From sequence record DRR723986_2974: DNA of 64,000 nt. One strand, written 5' to 3'. The notes beneath the pieces were generated by a model, which was not told where the DNA came from, made no database searches, and saw nothing but the letters and a program-made list of their open reading frames with translations. Both the position numbers and the translations under genes were made by a program. Shown here one piece after another: positions 60,333 through 64,000 of the stretch (positions are counted from its first letter, which is position 1; each line of letters starts with the position of its first letter).

Positions 60333-60521
60333 ATGCCTATGATCAAAGTCTCGAAGCCGGGCACCCCCCTAATACCGGTTTACATAAACACCGACCACAT
60401 CATCACAGTCGAACAGGACGGAAACGGAGCCCGAATAGTTACAACCTCGAACAACGAGACAAGGGTAGATGTGATTAGAGTTCTTGAAAGCCAAGCTCAG
60501 GTCGTGAGCCTCATCGGATAG
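60333..60521 (+). CDS. FlbD-like small protein, paralog A
   Basis: AAGGA RBS; YINTDHII.VE..RI.TT..V.ES. Confidence 0.65.
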   Translation: MPMIKVSKPGTPLIPVYINTDHIITVEQDGNGARIVTTSNNETRVDVIRVLESQAQVVSLIG

Positions 60522-60562
60522 GCCTAGGGAACTTCTGAAGCTTGGCTGGCGTTTGAAGAACC

Positions 60563-61150
60563 ATGGGCGCAACAATGATCGACGCACTGCTCGCAAAACT
60601 TGCTGATTTCATCAAAACAGCGCCAGTCGTTGCGTTGCCGCTCAGTTGCGCCAGCGGTCTCGCTATCTTCCTCAAGTCTATCGATGTCATCCCGGGGATC
60701 AACGAAGAGGCTCTGGCTTACCTCTGGCTGTTCATGATCTTCATGGGCGCGGTCGCCGTTTCCGGTCTTCTCTCCTACACAAAGCCTGCCTTCGCATACC
60801 TTTACAAGCGCTATCAACAGCGTTCGGCGAGAATGAAGTTTCGTCAGCGCTTCATCGAAGATATCCCGCGCTTGACAGAAAGGGAGCGGACGATCTTCGG
60901 CTACCTGCGAGAAAAGAACCAGAAAACGTTTCAGGCACAACAGGACGGAGGACATGCAACTGCCCTAATCGCCAAGCGCTACATTCATCTCATTGGAGTG
61001 CCTGGCCAAGCTTGCGATGTCTTCCGGATTCCGTTCAGTGTCCAGGACGATGTGTGGGAGATCATCACATCACGCCCCGAAGACTTTCCTTACAAGCCCA
61101 TAATACAAGGTAAAACCGAGCTTCTGCCATGGGTGGACAGAGCATGGTGA
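60563..61150 (+). CDS. SieB-like superinfection exclusion membrane protein
   Basis: Two N-terminal TMs, LTERER.IF.Y, A..L....I, F.V...VW pattern. Confidence 0.65.
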   Translation: MGATMIDALLAKLADFIKTAPVVALPLSCASGLAIFLKSIDVIPGINEEALAYLWLFMIFMGAVAVSGLLSYTKPAFAYLYKRYQQRSARMKFRQRFIEDIPRLTERERTIFGYLREKNQKTFQAQQDGGHATALIAKRYIHLIGVPGQACDVFRIPFSVQDDVWEIITSRPEDFPYKPIIQGKTELLPWVDRAW

Positions 61151-61194
61151 TCTTGTTTCCAGCAATCACCACCTCGTCTTGCACTGCCCTGAAC

Positions 61195-61560
61195 TCAAGA
61201 AATCCAATTGTCCGTGAGCCAAGTACGGCCTTTCTGCGTGATCTGAAGAGCTTTCCGTCCATGCTCGTCGACCGTAAGTTCCAGTAGTCCCGCAGCCACG
61301 ATGCTTCCAGCGGCTTGAGGTGTCAGGGTGTGGTCGCAGCACAGAATGAACTGGTCCGCGCAGAATGGGAGGAACGGCTTCCACTCCACTCCCCAGGGCA
61401 ACCACCCAGTTGCCATCGCTGACATAATCGTCCGCAACTTCCCGCTCGGGCGTATCTCGATATCTTGCCTGGACGGATCTGTGGCCACTGCAAGGAACTT
61501 GTCCCAATTCACATCTGTTTCACTTTGGTATTTGCCGATCTGATCTGTCTGCGTACTCAT
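61195..61560 (-). CDS. Hypothetical protein with wHTH-like C-terminus
   Basis: GAGG RBS; IVAAGLLE..GR...ITQKGR.WL. Confidence 0.55.
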   Translation of the reverse strand: MSTQTDQIGKYQSETDVNWDKFLAVATDPSRQDIEIRPSGKLRTIMSAMATGWLPWGVEWKPFLPFCADQFILCCDHTLTPQAAGSIVAAGLLELTVDEHGRKALQITQKGRTWLTDNWIS

Positions 61561-61628
61561 TCAGACCTCATAGCCCCCCCAGCAGTTAAGGTAACGGGAA
61601 GAACACCGGGGAAAACACGATAAATGGC

Positions 61629-61661
61629 TGGCTTCTATTGATGGCGCTTCAGAAACTGCAT
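61629..61661 (+). promoter_or_regulatory. Promoter-like element, copy 2
   Basis: TGGCTT-N17-GAAACT; homologous to 60274-60306. Confidence 0.6.
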
Positions 61662-61690
61662 TCTGCAGAGACCATTCAAGGAGATATTAC

Positions 61691-61891
61691 TTGGCTTTCA
61701 TAAACTTGACTGACCGCACCAGCAAGGAGCTGATTGTGCTCAACTCCGATCACATCATTGCCATTCAAGAATCCTTCGACCAAGTAACTCGAATTACGAC
61801 CACTGCAAAGTTGGATAACGGAGCAAGCTGGGTCATCTCGGTCGATGAAACTGCTGCCGAAATTACTCCCCTCATTAACCTAGAAGACTAG
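61691..61891 (+). CDS. FlbD-like small protein, paralog B
   Basis: AAGGAG RBS, TTG start; LNSDHII.I.E..TRITTT..V.ET. Confidence 0.65.
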   Translation: MAFINLTDRTSKELIVLNSDHIIAIQESFDQVTRITTTAKLDNGASWVISVDETAAEITPLINLED

Positions 61892-62039
61892 TCAACCGAG
61901 GGTCATCGAAACCGTTTCGCTAGTATAATGCGCCTGCCCGTTACGGCGCTTCGCGTTCCTTTGGAGGCGATTGCGGCTTTTGCTCAAACAATCGGTCTCT
62001 ACTCGGTTTTGCCAACACGAGGTGGCCGGGCTGGGTATT

Positions 62040-62116
62040 TGGTTGCAGGGACGGGATTTGAACCCGTGACCTTCGGATTATGAGTCCGACGCGCTACCGG
62101 ACTGCGCTACCCTGCT
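62040..62116 (-). tRNA. Prophage tRNA-Met(CAT), initiator-like body
   Basis: 77 nt cloverleaf, TCGGA-CT-CAT-AA-TCCGA, TTCAAAT T-loop, encoded CCA. Confidence 0.92.
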
Positions 62117-62401
62117 AAATTCTCGGCCCGGCTTCATAGCAATCCGAGGAGCTACCTCGGACCCCATCCACCGGGCCTCTCTCGCTGAGTGTTCTCTATG
62201 CAGGCCTTCCACCTGCTAGGATGCCGGGAGGTCGCCAGAGACCGCTTCTTGTCGTCGGGGCCAGGCATCTTCCCCTTGGTATAGCGGCCGGTTGCCACGC
62301 CGGCGTTCTGCTTCGGATATTTCCTCTGCGGGCTGTGAGCCGGGACTGTTCAGGATCGGGTCACGTACCCCAGGACCCCAGCTCCTCGTGACCAGATGCG
62401 C

Positions 62402-62932
62402 TCAAGCTGCATTTGTCGCGATGTTACGGTTTTTTATAGCCTGATCAGGCCTGAACCGGGACACCAAACTTTCATCTGCCTCTGCTGGAAAACACTTTTC
62501 TTTACAGAGTTTTATGATCAAAAGTTCGATTGCCTTATTAAATCTTCGGTTCAAGGTCCTCCGATCAATCTTCATCGCCTTCGCGATATCGCTCGAAGAG
62601 ACATCATAAACCCATCCCCAGACCTTCACGGCAAGAGCCTTTCTGGCGTCCTCATCCTTGATGCCGGCCATCCACTGCCAGGTCTCCTCCATGCGGCTTA
62701 CAGCGGCGGCCGAGGGCCTGGGCTGGCGGGAGCGCAATGGATCATCTGTCCGGATACCTTTGATGAGCTGCTCCTTGACCACCTCCCAGCGTTCCTCAAG
62801 GCTGGTTTCCGTTTCCGGCCAGAACGTTGTCGTCGTGCTCGGGCGAACCCCACGTGCTGAGGTCTGTTTCATAACGATCTGGGCCTCGATGAGCCGATCA
62901 ATGATAAGAGCCTCGAAGTGTCCAATGCTCAT
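62402..62932 (-). CDS. Q-like late regulator with C-terminal HTH
   Basis: RL.EA, WPE, PSAAAVSRMEE...W, HTH; last gene before late region. Confidence 0.6.
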   Translation of the reverse strand: MSIGHFEALIIDRLIEAQIVMKQTSARGVRPSTTTTFWPETETSLEERWEVVKEQLIKGIRTDDPLRSRQPRPSAAAVSRMEETWQWMAGIKDEDARKALAVKVWGWVYDVSSSDIAKAMKIDRRTLNRRFNKAIELLIIKLCKEKCFPAEADESLVSRFRPDQAIKNRNIATNAA

Positions 62933-63177
62933 GATATTCCCAGCCCTCTTTCAATCGCCTGTTTTCTGATCTTGGCCCACATCACGTCGTCCGCCCATCG
63001 GCCTCGTGGTGTATCGCCATGACGGCGGCGCAACTGTCGGCGCCTGAGTTTCAATTCCTTGTCGACCAGCTTGTAGTGGTCTCCACAGATCCATTCCGAA
63101 TACCGTCTGACAGGATCGCCCTTGCGGTCTCCTCGGGTGCGAAGGCAATGTGGAACACAGCATGGGAGTCTGGTCAT
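62929..63177 (-). CDS. Small Zn-finger-like phage protein
   Basis: CCVPHC...WICGDH; ATGA coupling. Confidence 0.6.
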   Translation of the reverse strand: MTRLPCCVPHCLRTRGDRKGDPVRRYSEWICGDHYKLVDKELKLRRRQLRRRHGDTPRGRWADDVMWAKIRKQAIERGLGIS

Positions 63178-63548
63178 TGAAGTGTCTCCAGCCATGCAAG
63201 GATGCAGTTGTCCGCTGCATAGGAGTTCAGTGATCCCTCGATCCGCTGACGTATCTCCTTGATTGCGTAGAACAGGGCGTCGTCGCGGGTTTCGGCGAAG
63301 TTGTTCCACTTCCCGCCGACACGATAGCCCCACCCAGAAGTGCCTCTGTTGGCCTCGGTAGACCACATCCAGAGTCCTGACGGATGACGGTGAAGCTCTA
63401 TCTCTGCCTGGTTCCACGCCATTCTCGGATGCGGAAGGGTCAGTACCTCGTCTACAGGTCCCTTGACCACGCTGTCCTCGAGATCAAAGTCCGGTACCAC
63501 TGGCGGAGCGCGCATCACATCGAAGATGGAAAGCTGGTCTGAGGTCAT
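63174..63548 (-). CDS. Hypothetical phage protein
   Basis: 124-aa ORF with coupled start/stop, QLSIFD N-terminus. Confidence 0.6.
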   Translation of the reverse strand: MTSDQLSIFDVMRAPPVVPDFDLEDSVVKGPVDEVLTLPHPRMAWNQAEIELHRHPSGLWMWSTEANRGTSGWGYRVGGKWNNFAETRDDALFYAIKEIRQRIEGSLNSYAADNCILAWLETLQ

Positions 63549-63804
63549 TTGCCTTCATCCTCGTTTGTCATGTCCTGCTCAAAGGTCAGGAACCGTTCAC
63601 CGGTCTCGTTGAGGAGGAGGATGGCCTTGCGGATATCGCTCCTGATCTCGTTCGCGATGTGGGCGAGCTGGAAGGCCTCTGCGGTCCCTTCATAGGTCGT
63701 GAACCTGTGACCACAGGCGCGGCAGGCCCTGCGCCGGCGAACTCCTTCTTGACCGGGCGGCTGTCGGTCACATCCGTTGTGCCGCCGCATCGCTCACACT
63801 TCAT
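63545..63804 (-). pseudogene. NrdR-like Zn-ribbon protein split by a frameshift
   Basis: MKCERCG..T.V.DSR in one frame, VRRRRACRACGHRFTTYE in another. Confidence 0.7.
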
Positions 63805-64000
63805 GCCACCATGTCCTCCTGATCTTCCGGGTCCATAACCGGTTCGAAGAGCTGCTGCATGTACCCAGCCATGAGCACACGCTTGTCAGGGGCTCTGCCG
63901 TCCTTGCCTGGGGCTCGGTTCGCAAGCTTCCTGAGATAGTCGAGATCGACGGCGTCCATGAGGTCACAGAACTCACCCAGCCTTTCTCGCCATGACGGGA
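63801..64000 (-). CDS. 3' end of phage early-region protein (partial)
   Basis: Open frame WRERLGEFCDLMDAVDLDYLRKLA...MVA-stop, ATGA overlap with next gene. Confidence 0.55.
   Translation of the reverse strand, partial: PSWRERLGEFCDLMDAVDLDYLRKLANRAPGKDGRAPDKRVLMAGYMQQLFEPVMDPEDQEDMVA

Larger units (their letters stand above)
35834..64000. mobile_element. Siphovirus-type prophage at tRNA-Ser; right end beyond window
   Basis: Integrase next to tRNA followed by contiguous lysis, tail, head, terminase and Q-like modules. Confidence 0.95.

Noticed and set aside
1-64000. CRISPR array, retron or diversity-generating retroelement
   Set aside because: No regularly spaced repeats, cas genes, reverse transcriptase or TR/VR pair seen

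Overview
Alphaproteobacterial chromosome segment. A Rhizobiales-type, probably Roseibium/Labrenzia-like host is inferred from gene order only. The window appears to span the replication terminus. 1-12.2 kb: conserved dusB-ntrBC-ntrYX-trkA-dat-hfq-hflX block plus mazG. 12.3-22.0 kb: RutR-controlled reductive pyrimidine catabolism/uptake operon with a secreted GH114-like gene inserted. 22.2-28.3 kb: accessory patch (3xPAS-MCP-PilZ receptor, ddl, GNAT, APH, AT-rich membrane ORF, dead IS) ending at a dif site (28288-28315), with KOPS motifs converging on it. 28.4-35.8 kb: recX-MBL-tatD-holB-tmk-dac-rlpA and tRNA-Ser(TGA). 35.8 kb to the end: a siphovirus-type prophage integrated at tRNA-Ser, carrying int, lysis, tail (with a -1 frameshift), head, terminase, tRNA-Met(CAT) and a Q-like gene, and continuing past the window. 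The most interesting region is the prophage accessory island at 59.8-62.4 kb. It holds a 29-aa type-I-toxin-like peptide absent from the ORF track, two paralogous FlbD-like small proteins behind homologous promoter elements flanking a SieB-like gene, an initiator-like tRNA with altered identity elements, and structured non-coding stretches. All family assignments come from recognising motifs by eye; no database search was run.
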